A stretch of 64,000 nt of DNA, taken from assembly GCA_964573695.1 (NCBI GenBank), contig CAZNKB010000001.1:132497-196496 (forward strand). Reading direction: 5' to 3'. How positions within the stretch are numbered: position 1 is the first letter of the stretch; the number at the start of each line of letters is the position of its first letter. The notes beneath the pieces are model-generated. The model was given only the letters and a program-made list of their open reading frames with translations. It was not told the DNA's origin and ran no database searches. Origin of the DNA: an uncultured Gammaproteobacteria bacterium (GTDB lineage: Bacteria > Patescibacteriota > Microgenomatia > UBA10105 > UBA927). Positions 28,601 to 40,328 of this stretch are shown in pieces. Made by a program: the position numbers and the translations under genes.

Positions 28601-29484
28601 AAAACCTTGCCCTGTTCACCACGATATTCTTCACCGGCAAACTTTTCTATATGCCGCTTCTTAGTGCGACAATATTGGGCTTTATCGCATTTTGCTTTCT
28701 TTCGTCCTCCAACTATATCTTAAATGACGTGCTGGATGCCCCCGCAGACAGGCGACACCCGTTTAAAAAATTTCGGCCGGTGGCAAGCGGTAAACTACCG
28801 ATAAAAACGGCGCTCCTCGTATCGCTTCTACTGTTGGTTTCCGGATTGGGACTTGCGCAAATGGTCGGACAGTCGTTTTTCTTCTTTTCTCTCGTTTTCA
28901 TTATCCTGCAATATTCTTATTCGGTCGTACTCAAGCACATATCGGTCATCGACATCATCGCAATTACAGCGGGTTATGTGCTTCGGGTATACGCCGGTGA
29001 AGCGGCAAGTGGATATCATATTTCTATTTGGTTGGCTCTCGCAGCACTTTCCCTCGCGCTATTTTTGGCAATCGGCAAACGCCGAGCAGAACTTACGCTT
29101 ATTCAGGGATCAGGGGATGCATCTCCAAAAGACACGCGGGCAGCGTTGTCACACTATTCAGAAAAATTATTGGATGCGTATACATCCATGTTTGCCACGT
29201 CAACGTTTATTTCCTATACGTATTTTACGTTTCTTGAGCGCCCGATCACGGAAGGGATTATATTCCGTAACTACAGTGATTTCGTTATCGGAATACCCGA
29301 CCGCAAATGGATGATGATGACTATCCCTTTTGTACTCTACGGCATCATGCGGTATATGCAGCTTATCTATCATGGAAAAGGAGAATCACCTGAACAAGTG
29401 CTTACAACGGATTTACCCCTCCTGAGTACCGTTATCTTGTGGACGGGAGCTACGCTATTTGTGATTTACGGCATCGGGGGCTAG
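28546..29484 (+). CDS. UbiA-family prenyltransferase, decaprenyl-phosphate phosphoribosyltransferase (DPPR synthase)-like
   Basis: RPRQWLKNL...FCFLSSSNYILNDVLDAPADRRH (NDxxDxxxD motif) and a second Asp-rich motif downstream, ~8 TM helices. Start chosen at the internal Met (28546), overlapping the previous gene by ~55 nt. Confidence 0.7.
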   Translation: MGQLLYAILKAARPRQWLKNLALFTTIFFTGKLFYMPLLSATILGFIAFCFLSSSNYILNDVLDAPADRRHPFKKFRPVASGKLPIKTALLVSLLLLVSGLGLAQMVGQSFFFFSLVFIILQYSYSVVLKHISVIDIIAITAGYVLRVYAGEAASGYHISIWLALAALSLALFLAIGKRRAELTLIQGSGDASPKDTRAALSHYSEKLLDAYTSMFATSTFISYTYFTFLERPITEGIIFRNYSDFVIGIPDRKWMMMTIPFVLYGIMRYMQLIYHGKGESPEQVLTTDLPLLSTVILWTGATLFVIYGIGG

Positions 29485-29510
29485 ATCGCCTGACGGGACA
29501 GCGTGTTATG

Positions 29511-30038
29511 CTAGGAATTCGCGTCTGTTTGCTCGCTTACTACCCGGACAAGCTTCGAATGATCCCAAACGCTGTAATTGTACATAACACCCGAATGAGT
29601 ACGTAGCACGTGGGGCAAATAATACTTCACCGGCGGAAATATCGTATCCATAGCGGCAAGCGCGTCCATATGTATCCATGTAGCAGATCCTTCGTGGTTG
29701 GAAATAACGCCTGCGGGCTTAGTTGTTAACACGGCGAGAAACCCAAAGACGACAAACAGCTCGTTCCGATCTACATGATGATGCATCGCCACAAATTTAA
29801 GCTGCACATTATCGGGAGATAATATAATACCCACCTCTTCGGATACTTCGCGGATCGCAGCCGCCAAGGGGGTTTCTCCTTCTTCTATGTGTCCTCCGGG
29901 AAGAGCAAGCCAACCGGGAAAAACTTTTTTTGTTTCGCTACGCTTAAACATGAGGACGTCGTGTTTGTGCGTTATGCACACATCCACTGTATATACCGGT
30001 ATCGCGACTTCCTGAAGATGTTTGGGCGGCACTGGCAT
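29511..30038 (-). CDS. NUDIX hydrolase
   Basis: Nudix box GGHIEEGETPLAAAIREVSEEVG. Confidence 0.7.
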   Translation of the reverse strand: MPVPPKHLQEVAIPVYTVDVCITHKHDVLMFKRSETKKVFPGWLALPGGHIEEGETPLAAAIREVSEEVGIILSPDNVQLKFVAMHHHVDRNELFVVFGFLAVLTTKPAGVISNHEGSATWIHMDALAAMDTIFPPVKYYLPHVLRTHSGVMYNYSVWDHSKLVRVVSEQTDANS

Positions 30039-30081
30039 GACACCAGTATACCAAAGCGAAGCGCTCCGCAATTACGAGGTA

Positions 30082-30963
30082 TTATTCCGTCTTGTCGGCG
30101 TATTGCGCGGATATCCAGCCTTTGTTGGTTCCGTCGTGAGAAATCTGATACCAGCCGGTCTGCTGGGTGAACACGTGATATTTTTCTCCGGGATTGACTC
30201 TTCCGGCTTCGGTTGCTGATGTCGAGGGTTCCATACGAACGCGCAGGAATCCCGTCGGCGTATCTTTTATCGTTACATACGGTTTCTGCGGTGTTGCCGA
30301 TGACGTGGCGGTATTTGTGCTCTTTAACGTCGGTGTCGGAGTAGTCGACGTGAGCGCGGCAGGCGTTGCTTCAGGAACCGGAATACCTCCGGCAGACAAC
30401 GCTAATTTCATACTGGCAATAAGCTTGTATCCACTCGTTAATTTGACCTTCATTGTCCGCGTGAGGAACCCCGGACTCGTAACCGTCAGTGAATGATCGC
30501 CTGCCACAACATCGGATATGGTAAGCGGAGTAATCCCCTTTGTTACGTCGTCCAGAACGACCGATGCCCCGTCGGGATTCGTGATAACCGAAAGTTCCGG
30601 CTTGCCTGCGACACTTTTTTCAAGCCATAGCACGTCTACTGCCGAGGATAACTCGGATTCGGATAACACAGCGTTGATATACGTAAGCAGGTTGGTTCCG
30701 ACCGATATTTTTGCCTGCCACGGGGCCACTTCGCCGGTAGAGGATTCCGCAACCAATCGGATCGTATATTCCCCTGCTGTTACTTTCTCACGAAGAGGGG
30801 TTCTTCCTATGTGTTTGTTGTCCAAAAAAACACTCACCGTCGGGGTAGCATCTACACGAAGTTCTCCCTCTTTGGGCGCTCGGGAACCCAACAATCTCAC
30901 CGCACCGAAAATAATGAGAATAACAGCAAGGAAGATAACAAGGAAGATTGCCTTACGCTTCAT
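30082..30963 (-). CDS. Membrane-anchored protein with PEGA-like beta domains and C-terminal bacterial SH3 (SH3b) domain
   Basis: N-terminal TM. Repeated ~70-aa beta modules (VSVFLDNKHIGRTPL...YTIRLV). C-terminus GFLRVRMEPSTSATEAGRVNPGEKYHV...GWYQIS...GWIS resembles SH3b. Confidence 0.5.
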   Translation of the reverse strand: MKRKAIFLVIFLAVILIIFGAVRLLGSRAPKEGELRVDATPTVSVFLDNKHIGRTPLREKVTAGEYTIRLVAESSTGEVAPWQAKISVGTNLLTYINAVLSESELSSAVDVLWLEKSVAGKPELSVITNPDGASVVLDDVTKGITPLTISDVVAGDHSLTVTSPGFLTRTMKVKLTSGYKLIASMKLALSAGGIPVPEATPAALTSTTPTPTLKSTNTATSSATPQKPYVTIKDTPTGFLRVRMEPSTSATEAGRVNPGEKYHVFTQQTGWYQISHDGTNKGWISAQYADKTE

Positions 30964-31103
30964 AAATTGAGTTCGATCATACCACATTGAAGCGAGTTTG
31001 GGCAATGTCAGCCCTGCCTACGAATTTGACTTTGGGCCGATTTTACGCTACAATAGCGGGTATTGAACCACTCTTTCGGGAGTGGTTTTTTGTTTCATTT
31101 TTT

Positions 31104-31775
31104 ATGGCAAAAACAGCCCTTTATTGGCTCACAAAGCCCTACTACGGCAGCAATCGCCTAAGCCGGTGGATCAGAACAAAAATTGAACGCCGTTCTATCC
31201 AGGAGCTCATAGGTGTTCCGCTTATCGGCCTCGCGTTCTTTGGAGCGGTAATCGTGCCTCAGACACAGGCTGGGTTCGCCACGGCTGAAGTGTACTTGGA
31301 CACCCAAACCACCACCGTGAATGCAGTCGTGGTCCCTTCCCGGTTTCGCTGGCCACTTGCTGCGTTTGGCATATCGCAACACTTTCGTGGCGGACATCCT
31401 GGCATGGACCTTACCAACCCGGCCGGTACACCTATGTATCCTATTACGGAAGGCAAGGTTATCCTTGTTGCGTCACTCCACAGCGGCTATGGCAGACACG
31501 TCATAATCGAGCACAATGATACGATGACCTCAACGTATGCGCATCTTTCCCGCGTGGATGTCAAAGAAGGACAGAACGTCACAAAAGACACCGAAATAGG
31601 AACAGTCGGTGCCACTGGCTGGGCAACAGGAAATCACCTTCACCTGGAAATTCATCAGGACGGGGTAGCTATGGATCCCAAAGAAATATTGCCGGAAATC
31701 AAAGTATACGACCGTCATATTACTTTTTCTTCTATTAAAGAGCGCATGAAGCCGAATTTTGAGGTCTCGCTATAG
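31104..31775 (+). CDS. M23-family (LytM-type) peptidoglycan endopeptidase
   Basis: HxxxD (HRGGHPGMD) and HxH (GNHLHLEIH) zinc-binding motifs. N-terminal TM. Confidence 0.75.
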   Translation: MAKTALYWLTKPYYGSNRLSRWIRTKIERRSIQELIGVPLIGLAFFGAVIVPQTQAGFATAEVYLDTQTTTVNAVVVPSRFRWPLAAFGISQHFRGGHPGMDLTNPAGTPMYPITEGKVILVASLHSGYGRHVIIEHNDTMTSTYAHLSRVDVKEGQNVTKDTEIGTVGATGWATGNHLHLEIHQDGVAMDPKEILPEIKVYDRHITFSSIKERMKPNFEVSL

Positions 31776-32252
31776 ATATCGCGAAAGAATAGTTGCGTCC
31801 TTGTCGCCGAATCTCTTTTTGAAAAACCCCGCCTTTTCAAATCCCTTATAAAGCAAAAACTGCTCCAGTGGGCTGTCCACCTCGGTATACGTATATATAT
31901 TCGTTACTTTTTCGTCCTTGGCGATATCGAGTATATGCCCAAGAAGATCTGATCCTATGCCGCTCCCCTGATATTTCTTGTCTACGAAGAAAAAGTGTAT
32001 ACGGAGCCGTACGGCATCAATATTTATAGAAGCAAACCCTACGAGCCTGTTGTCGCTCGTAAACGCCCCAAAAAACTGCTCACCGTTTGTAAACAATTTC
32101 TCAATGCGCTGTGCAGTCAGGTAATACGCGTGCTTGAACCCGTCATTTTTCTGTATGGTGATACACCGTTTTGCGTACTCCAATCCAATATTTTTTATGT
32201 ATGCCTTCATATATGTGCGGACATCCTCATGTATACCAAAAAATTTCACCAA
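31770..32252 (-). CDS. GNAT-family N-acetyltransferase
   Basis: FFVDKKYQGSGIGSDLLGHILD, the acetyl-CoA-binding motif A (Q/RxxGxG/A). Confidence 0.6.
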   Translation of the reverse strand: MVKFFGIHEDVRTYMKAYIKNIGLEYAKRCITIQKNDGFKHAYYLTAQRIEKLFTNGEQFFGAFTSDNRLVGFASINIDAVRLRIHFFFVDKKYQGSGIGSDLLGHILDIAKDEKVTNIYTYTEVDSPLEQFLLYKGFEKAGFFKKRFGDKDATILSRYL

Positions 32253-32282
32253 AAAAAATATAATACTGCAGGCCCTAGCAGG

Positions 32283-33167
32283 TCATAAGGAAAGCGAAGC
32301 TGCCCATGAGACAATTTTGTCAACGAATTCACTCTCTTTTCCGGTAAATCCGTGATCCGCGCCGGGGATAACCACGCTTGTATACTTTGTGGAAGCGGTG
32401 TGCGCATCAAAGGCTTTTTGGATCTCCACAATGGGCCGATCCGCATGCTCATCGCTGCCGCCAAACATAACAAGAAGTGGAACGGTGATCTTTGAAAACG
32501 TGGCAAGCGCGCCTTCATCATCATGATAGTTGAACACATCCTCCGGTGAGCCAACAGCTAACAAGCTCATCCAGCGTTTGGGCGTCAGCGGGAAAAAATC
32601 AAACCCGGTAAGCAGCTCGTCGCCTTTCCCTTCCTGAATTTTCTGTTCCATGATTGCCCGATGTTTTTGGTTGGTTTGTTCGTCGCTTGCGGAGTACCGA
32701 TCTGACATTGGACCTGACAGCACCACTCCCGCCACCTTCGGATCGTTTACTGTTCCCGCGTAGTAACACACTTTGTTTGCCCCCGTGCTGTTGCCGACAA
32801 GCACTACCTTTTCAAATCCCCGACCGGCAAAAAACACTACCATAGCTTCGATATCTTTCACACAATCGGTGAAATTCTCAACACCCGCACCAATGGTCTG
32901 GTATACAAATCCCCTGTCGCTGGTCGCATCCAACCGGTGGACACTCGAAACATAGTCATGACCCCTGGTATGAAACGCACCGAACGCCATACCTGCACGC
33001 TCACAGGCCCGGGCAAATAATTCCATACTCTTTGTGTTACCGTAAAACGTACCCGTCAGCCCGTGAATCCATACAACCGCTGTCTTCCCGCATCCTTCCG
33101 GGATATGCACCATGCCCTGGTGCACCAATTGGTCCTTCGTAACAATATCGACAAGTTCGTACTTCAT
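32283..33167 (-). CDS. Alpha/beta-hydrolase fold protein
   Basis: VVWIHGLTG, nucleophile elbow GNSTG, and a C-terminal His (PGADHGF). Confidence 0.6.
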   Translation of the reverse strand: MKYELVDIVTKDQLVHQGMVHIPEGCGKTAVVWIHGLTGTFYGNTKSMELFARACERAGMAFGAFHTRGHDYVSSVHRLDATSDRGFVYQTIGAGVENFTDCVKDIEAMVVFFAGRGFEKVVLVGNSTGANKVCYYAGTVNDPKVAGVVLSGPMSDRYSASDEQTNQKHRAIMEQKIQEGKGDELLTGFDFFPLTPKRWMSLLAVGSPEDVFNYHDDEGALATFSKITVPLLVMFGGSDEHADRPIVEIQKAFDAHTASTKYTSVVIPGADHGFTGKESEFVDKIVSWAASLSL

Positions 33168-33169
33168 AG

Positions 33170-33799
33170 TTATTTTTTTGCAAAACTCGAAATCCACACT
33201 TCGTGCGGACGCTCCGCATTCCGGTCATTCTGGTCCCAGGTATATTGATCAATCATTTTCAACCCGACACCTTCCAAAAGCCCGCGGATTTCATCGCTCA
33301 TGTAGTACGTAAAAAACCTGGTATCTCCTTCTATGGTCCCGCTCGTCACGAGCTGCTCACCGGTTCCTTCTTTCATAAGTAAAAATAGCACACCGCCGGG
33401 AATGAGCATATGCTGAAAATTCCGTAGAACGGTGACGCACTCATCACGCTTCAGGTGAAGCAGGGACGCGCACGCCCAAATACCGTCAAATGAGGTATTG
33501 AGGTTAATCGCACGCAGGTCCATTATCTGAAACGTGGCATTTGGATGCGCATGGGCTTTGGCGTACGAAAGAAGGCCCTGGGATAAATCGACACCGGTGA
33601 CGATAAATCCCTGTGATGCGAAATGGTTGGCGTCTCTGCCTGACCCACAACCAGCGTCCAAAATTTTCCCTCCCGGCTTTACCAACGAGGCAAACCTCTC
33701 GCGTTCCTCCTCCGGCGCGTACGCCTGCACTTTTGCAATAAAGGAAGGCGCGGTTTTGTCGTACGTTGCTATTGTAGTTCTCGTGTAATCACCAGACAT
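33170..33799 (-). CDS. Class I SAM-dependent methyltransferase
   Basis: ILDAGCGSGRD (motif I) and GVDLS (motif II). Start chosen at MSGDY so that it does not overlap the groEL 3' end. Confidence 0.7.
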   Translation of the reverse strand: MSGDYTRTTIATYDKTAPSFIAKVQAYAPEEERERFASLVKPGGKILDAGCGSGRDANHFASQGFIVTGVDLSQGLLSYAKAHAHPNATFQIMDLRAINLNTSFDGIWACASLLHLKRDECVTVLRNFQHMLIPGGVLFLLMKEGTGEQLVTSGTIEGDTRFFTYYMSDEIRGLLEGVGLKMIDQYTWDQNDRNAERPHEVWISSFAKK

Positions 33800-33819
33800 A
33801 GTTCCTGCCGTAGTATACC

Positions 33820-33841
33820 AAAAGCCCCTCTTTCGAGGGGC
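33820..33841 (-). terminator. Rho-independent terminator downstream of groEL
   Basis: On the minus strand, GCCCCTC-GAAA-GAGGGGC (perfect 7-bp stem) followed by a UUUUG tract. Located 35 nt after the groEL stop. Confidence 0.6.
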
Positions 33842-33875
33842 CTTCTGGTTAATAATAAATAGCGCGAGTCTATAG

Positions 33876-35851
<1,976 letters not shown>

Positions 35852-35899
35852 AACTACCTCCTTTATATTAATGCGACTACTGAGTGTTTTTCTAAAAAA

Positions 35900-35926
35900 C
35901 TAGCAGTCTTTTGAAGTGAGTGCTAT
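35900..35926. promoter_or_regulatory. Degenerate CIRCE-like inverted repeat upstream of groES
   Basis: CTAGCAGTC-N9-GAGTGCTAT: three mismatches to the CIRCE consensus, correct 9-N9-9 geometry, about 50 nt upstream of the groES start. Confidence 0.5.
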
Positions 35927-35927
35927 T

Positions 35928-36836
35928 TTACCGACCATAAAAAATCTTGTCAAGGGGTATGTGGTATGACCGTAAACGATCCTGCAGCTTTTCTTTCACC
36001 CATTCACGCGCATCGCGCGGGTGAAACCGTATCATACCAGATCGAATTACTTCGTTGGTCCGACGTTTTCTCATATACCAAAGCTGCATATAACGCGCGA
36101 CCGGCTCAACACATACAAGAACCACAGAGAGAACATTGCGCACAACCGAATTATGCGGACGCGGATTGTCGTGCGTTGCCTGACGTAACTTATCTTTGTA
36201 GGCACGCGGCAGAAACACCGCCACCCAGCGATTGGCCAGCAAAAATTCCCGATACGCTTCCCCTACCTCCCAAAGGGGCACCATTTGGAGCACTTCATGT
36301 GCGGCAAATAAATCATGTTCTGCTTTGGGAAGCTCCAGTTCATTATCGGACATAAACATATTGAGGCATATTTTGTCCGCTACCGATCCTTCTTCGGGTT
36401 TTCTGCGCACCCCCAAAAATTCAGCGAGCAGCGTCACCAACAAGCGGGTAATCCACATGCTGTGCTTTCTCGCGACGAAAAAAACATCGATATCATCGGA
36501 CTCTTTTGCATTATGAACGGCGAGCCCTCCTGTGACACCTACAAGCTGTAGCGTCGGAATGAGATGAAAATAATTCATCGTGTGGCTTATTCTGTTCCAT
36601 TTGCGTACGGCTATTTTTGCCCGCGTTGTCCGTAACGACACGACGCGGCTCCGGCCTTTAAGAAAAAAGTACGTCGTCTTACCTGCCCGCTTCACTTCCA
36701 AAAATGAAGAATGACGCACGTTGCCCTGTATGCCGCCGATACCCCAATAGGACACCTCTTCTCTGGTCAATGGATAATTAAAGATATCCGCATAGGCCAC
36801 GGTTGCCAAAATTTTGTGAGGTCGAGATACGTTCAT
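35928..36836 (-). CDS. Hypothetical protein with Pol-beta-like nucleotidyltransferase motif
   Basis: GVTGGLAVHNAKESDDIDVFFV fits the hG[GS]x9-13Dh[DE]h minimal NTase signature. Rest of the protein unassigned. Confidence 0.35.
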   Translation of the reverse strand: MNVSRPHKILATVAYADIFNYPLTREEVSYWGIGGIQGNVRHSSFLEVKRAGKTTYFFLKGRSRVVSLRTTRAKIAVRKWNRISHTMNYFHLIPTLQLVGVTGGLAVHNAKESDDIDVFFVARKHSMWITRLLVTLLAEFLGVRRKPEEGSVADKICLNMFMSDNELELPKAEHDLFAAHEVLQMVPLWEVGEAYREFLLANRWVAVFLPRAYKDKLRQATHDNPRPHNSVVRNVLSVVLVCVEPVARYMQLWYMRKRRTNEVIRSGMIRFHPRDAREWVKEKLQDRLRSYHIPLDKIFYGR

Positions 36837-36846
36837 GCCAGATGTG

Positions 36847-38400
36847 TTATGGGGTAGGAGTGATTTCCGATCCGCTTGTACTTATACCATAGGACGACAA
36901 AACTTGCCGGAAACCGGAAGACATAGTCGTCAAAACTTGTGTCGGTGATCCACCACTCACCATACCATTTACCGCATCGGTCGCGTATTGTATGAGTTTG
37001 TCATTGATGCCGTTATCAAACGTCCGCGAAGCGAGCGGGAACGACCGCGCAAATACCGCCTGTTTAACATACGCCCCGACATACGGATCTTCTGCTACGG
37101 TATTTGCCAGCTCGACACGCGCATAAGGCTCACCAAAAAGCCTTGTTTTGGAAGCCTCCGTATAAAGCTTCTGCGCACCTTCCTTGCTGGTCATATATTT
37201 CACAAATTCCCACGAAGCGTCGAGGTTTTTACTCCGGGAGGAAACGCCTTCCACCCAGTACGACGACCACGCCACTGCATTGCCCTGAAGCTGTGGAACA
37301 GGAGCTATATGAAATCGAAGTTTCGGATTTATCTGGGCGATATCATGTGCCCGCCACGACGGAGCAAGAATCATAGCGACCCTGCCGGCCGCAAAAGCAG
37401 AAATGGAATTATCCATTCCCTCGCTCCAGGTATAAAGCGGATCAGACGTATCGGAAAACTTCCGGTAAAAAATAAGCGTGCCCTCTGCCTCCTTACCGAC
37501 GGGATTGGAAATTGGCGCGCCGTTCTGCAAAAACATAAGTCCTAAAATATCGCTGAAATGCTCGACATTGTTAGTCGTGCCGAGTGCAATCGCTGACGTG
37601 ACTATGGCAGTTCCGTTTTTGACCGTCAGTTTAGGAATAATGTTTATAACGTCCGTCCATGTTCCCGGTTCCGAAACCCCGGCCGTTGCAAATAATTCAT
37701 CGTTTATATAAAGACCCAACCCGTCGACCATGAGGGGCAAACCGAATATGGACGCCCCTGACACCAAGTCGTTGCTTTGCACCGGAAAAAACGTGCTGGC
37801 AAATTCCTGCGCCGTCATCACCGTCGAAGGAACGAGTGAGAGCTGGTTGCGAAGCATGGGAATCCATGTATTATGGAACCGGAACACATCCGGTCCCTCA
37901 CCCCTGTTGATCGCTGATTGCAACCGTTCCCGGTACTGCTTCGGTGACTGCTGGGTATACTGTACTTTAATAGAAGGGTGCGACGCTTCAAAATCCGCCA
38001 GAAATTGCCGGGTTACCGCATCGTTTTCCCATAATCCCCAGTAATTTAAGGTCACTTCTTTTGCGGTTTTGCCACCACCGGAGAGCTTACCCCATGCGAA
38101 AACACCGATCACACCCATCAACAACAAAACCCCAAAAATAAGCAACATCCGCATAATCGGCTTACCGGTCTTTTGCGGAGGTGTCGCCTCCCCGCCGGGA
38201 ACCTGGATATTGGGGATAAACGGATTTGGAGAAGTCTGAGGTGTCGAAGGCGATGAGACACCCGCAGCTTCCGTGGGAGGCACCACAATCGTATCGGGCG
38301 CCTGAGATGAAGGTGCCGTAAATACCGGCTCCGCAATTGCGACTCCTCCTCCGGGCGGAACCACTTGAGGATCGGGTGTCTGTGGGTCTTTTGGATCCAT
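36847..38400 (-). CDS. ABC-transporter extracellular solute-binding protein (family 1, sugar-type), membrane-anchored with Pro-rich tether
   Basis: N-terminal Pro-rich segment and TM, then a periplasmic-binding-protein-like domain (LNYWGLWEND...GEGPDVFRFHNTWIP...). No cognate permease or ATPase genes adjacent. Confidence 0.6.
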   Translation of the reverse strand: MDPKDPQTPDPQVVPPGGGVAIAEPVFTAPSSQAPDTIVVPPTEAAGVSSPSTPQTSPNPFIPNIQVPGGEATPPQKTGKPIMRMLLIFGVLLLMGVIGVFAWGKLSGGGKTAKEVTLNYWGLWENDAVTRQFLADFEASHPSIKVQYTQQSPKQYRERLQSAINRGEGPDVFRFHNTWIPMLRNQLSLVPSTVMTAQEFASTFFPVQSNDLVSGASIFGLPLMVDGLGLYINDELFATAGVSEPGTWTDVINIIPKLTVKNGTAIVTSAIALGTTNNVEHFSDILGLMFLQNGAPISNPVGKEAEGTLIFYRKFSDTSDPLYTWSEGMDNSISAFAAGRVAMILAPSWRAHDIAQINPKLRFHIAPVPQLQGNAVAWSSYWVEGVSSRSKNLDASWEFVKYMTSKEGAQKLYTEASKTRLFGEPYARVELANTVAEDPYVGAYVKQAVFARSFPLASRTFDNGINDKLIQYATDAVNGMVSGGSPTQVLTTMSSGFRQVLSSYGISTSGSEITPTP

Positions 38401-38416
38401 AGTAATGTAGGGTACA

Positions 38417-39844
38417 ATGTATCATAACATGACTCATATTCCTCCGGTAAGGCCAGTACCCAAAAAATCCTCCAGAACCACGCTTTGGGCAATCGGCATA
38501 GGACTTATACTACTTGTCATCTCCACTATTGCCGGGCTTTCCGCGTATGACGCATATTACGAAGGCAAAATTTATCCCAATATCACCATAGATAACATAG
38601 ATTTTGGGGGTAAAACGCCGCGTGAGGTGGAGGCATACTGGAAAAATCAAAACATCCCTTTTGCATCGTCCGTATTCGAATTCAAATTTGAAAATGAAAC
38701 CGCGACCGTCTCCGGTGCGGATTTGGATCTCGGATATGATGCGACGTTGTCCGCCACACAAGCGTATGCCATGGGAAGAAGCGGACACTGGTTAGGGGAC
38801 CTTACCACAAAATTTTTCCGGGGGGCCGTCAACATCACGCCGTATTTCCGTTGGAAAACCGATCTTGTGCGTACGACGCTCGACGATATTTCAGCGCGCA
38901 TCGACATCCCTGTACAGGAAGCGCTGTTCCAGTTTAATAACGGACGGGTCACCGCATTCCGCGCATCCCGGGACGGTCGGGCAGTTCACAAAGAAGAAGC
39001 ACTTGCGCGTTTCGATGAAGCTGTTAAGGCGCTGCCGCATGCACCTACGTATCACATCGTCATCAACCTCCCCGTCTATACTGCTCATCCTGTAGCGACG
39101 ACAGAAAAAGCAAATTCATTTGGCATCAAAGAACTCATTGGCCGCGGGTATTCCGAATTCCAGGGATCAATTCCCGGCAGAATTCATAATGTCGCGCTAG
39201 CTGCAGCACGCATCAACGGCGTTCTGATCCCACCCGGAGAAACGTTTTCTTTTAACGACGCAGTCGGTGATATTTCTGCCGCCACAGGATACCAATCCGC
39301 TTACATCATCAAGGAAGGAAGAACCGTCCTTGGGGACGGCGGCGGCGTATGCCAGGTAAGCTCAACATTGTTCCGAGCGGCATTGAATGCCGGACTTTCG
39401 ATACCGGAACGCCACGCCCACGCTTACCGAGTCCATTATTATGAAGAGGGAGGATTTAAACCGGGACTTGATGCGACCGTATTCTCACCGAGTGTCGATC
39501 TGAAAATCAAAAACGACACGCCTTCACACATCCTCATCCAAACCAAAACCGACACCAAAAATCTGACCCTCACATTTGAGCTCTATGGGACGCATGACGG
39601 ACGCAGCAGTGAGATTACTAACCATATTGTATGGGGAGAAAGCCCGCCGCCGCCCGCGCTATATCAGGACGATCCCACGCTCAAGGCTGGGGTGGTCAAA
39701 CAAGTCGACTGGTCGGCATGGGGAGCCAAAGCATCTTTTGCGTACAGGGTTACCCGCGGTAATGAAGTACTTGAGGATACCACGTTTGTTTCCAATTTTC
39801 GTCCGTGGCAGGCCGTATATTTACGCGGGACAGCCACACCATAA
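38417..39844 (+). CDS. VanW-family protein
   Basis: N-terminal TM, then the conserved VanW core (GETFSFNDAVGDIS..GY..A..I..G....GGGVCQVSSTLFRAALNAGL). Confidence 0.7.
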   Translation: MYHNMTHIPPVRPVPKKSSRTTLWAIGIGLILLVISTIAGLSAYDAYYEGKIYPNITIDNIDFGGKTPREVEAYWKNQNIPFASSVFEFKFENETATVSGADLDLGYDATLSATQAYAMGRSGHWLGDLTTKFFRGAVNITPYFRWKTDLVRTTLDDISARIDIPVQEALFQFNNGRVTAFRASRDGRAVHKEEALARFDEAVKALPHAPTYHIVINLPVYTAHPVATTEKANSFGIKELIGRGYSEFQGSIPGRIHNVALAAARINGVLIPPGETFSFNDAVGDISAATGYQSAYIIKEGRTVLGDGGGVCQVSSTLFRAALNAGLSIPERHAHAYRVHYYEEGGFKPGLDATVFSPSVDLKIKNDTPSHILIQTKTDTKNLTLTFELYGTHDGRSSEITNHIVWGESPPPPALYQDDPTLKAGVVKQVDWSAWGAKASFAYRVTRGNEVLEDTTFVSNFRPWQAVYLRGTATP

Positions 39845-39848
39845 CCAT

Positions 39849-40265
39849 ATGAAAAAAGTCCTGGTCGGCGGATGTTTTGATTTGCTGCATTTCGGCCACA
39901 TCCAATTTCTCGCGTCTGCCAAACAACTCGGGGATCACCTTATCGTCGCTCTTGAATCTGATGAAAACGTCCGCCGCATGAAAGGCCCGACCCGGCCAAT
40001 TCATACCCAAAAACAACGTCAATCTATGCTCGAAGCGCTCAGGGTAGTCGACGAGGTTATCCTACTCCCCCCGCTCAATACGGACGCTGGGTATGCCGCT
40101 CTCGTAACTTCCGTGCGTCCTGCAGTCATCGCGATCACGAAGGACGATCCCATGGAAAGCAAAAAGCGGGACCACGCTGCACTCATCAACGCCCGCGTTG
40201 AAATAATTGCGAAAATCCACACACCTTCAACCTCGCAACTTACCAAACTCCTTGGTCTCGAGTAA
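39849..40265 (+). CDS. Cytidylyltransferase-family nucleotidyltransferase (TagD/RfaE-domain-II-like)
   Basis: MKKVLVGGCFDLLHFGHIQFL (G-x-F-D-x-x-H-x-G-H signature), 138 aa. Confidence 0.6.
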   Translation: MKKVLVGGCFDLLHFGHIQFLASAKQLGDHLIVALESDENVRRMKGPTRPIHTQKQRQSMLEALRVVDEVILLPPLNTDAGYAALVTSVRPAVIAITKDDPMESKKRDHAALINARVEIIAKIHTPSTSQLTKLLGLE

Positions 40266-40328
40266 ATCCCGTTCCATACGCACAAGCGTGTGTTAGCGTA
40301 TTTCTTCGGTGCAGGGTAAAATAGGCTC

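Noticed and set aside
36988-37545. 185-aa basic plus-strand ORF
   Set aside because: Antisense to the solute-binding-protein gene. Arg/Lys-rich shadow ORF.
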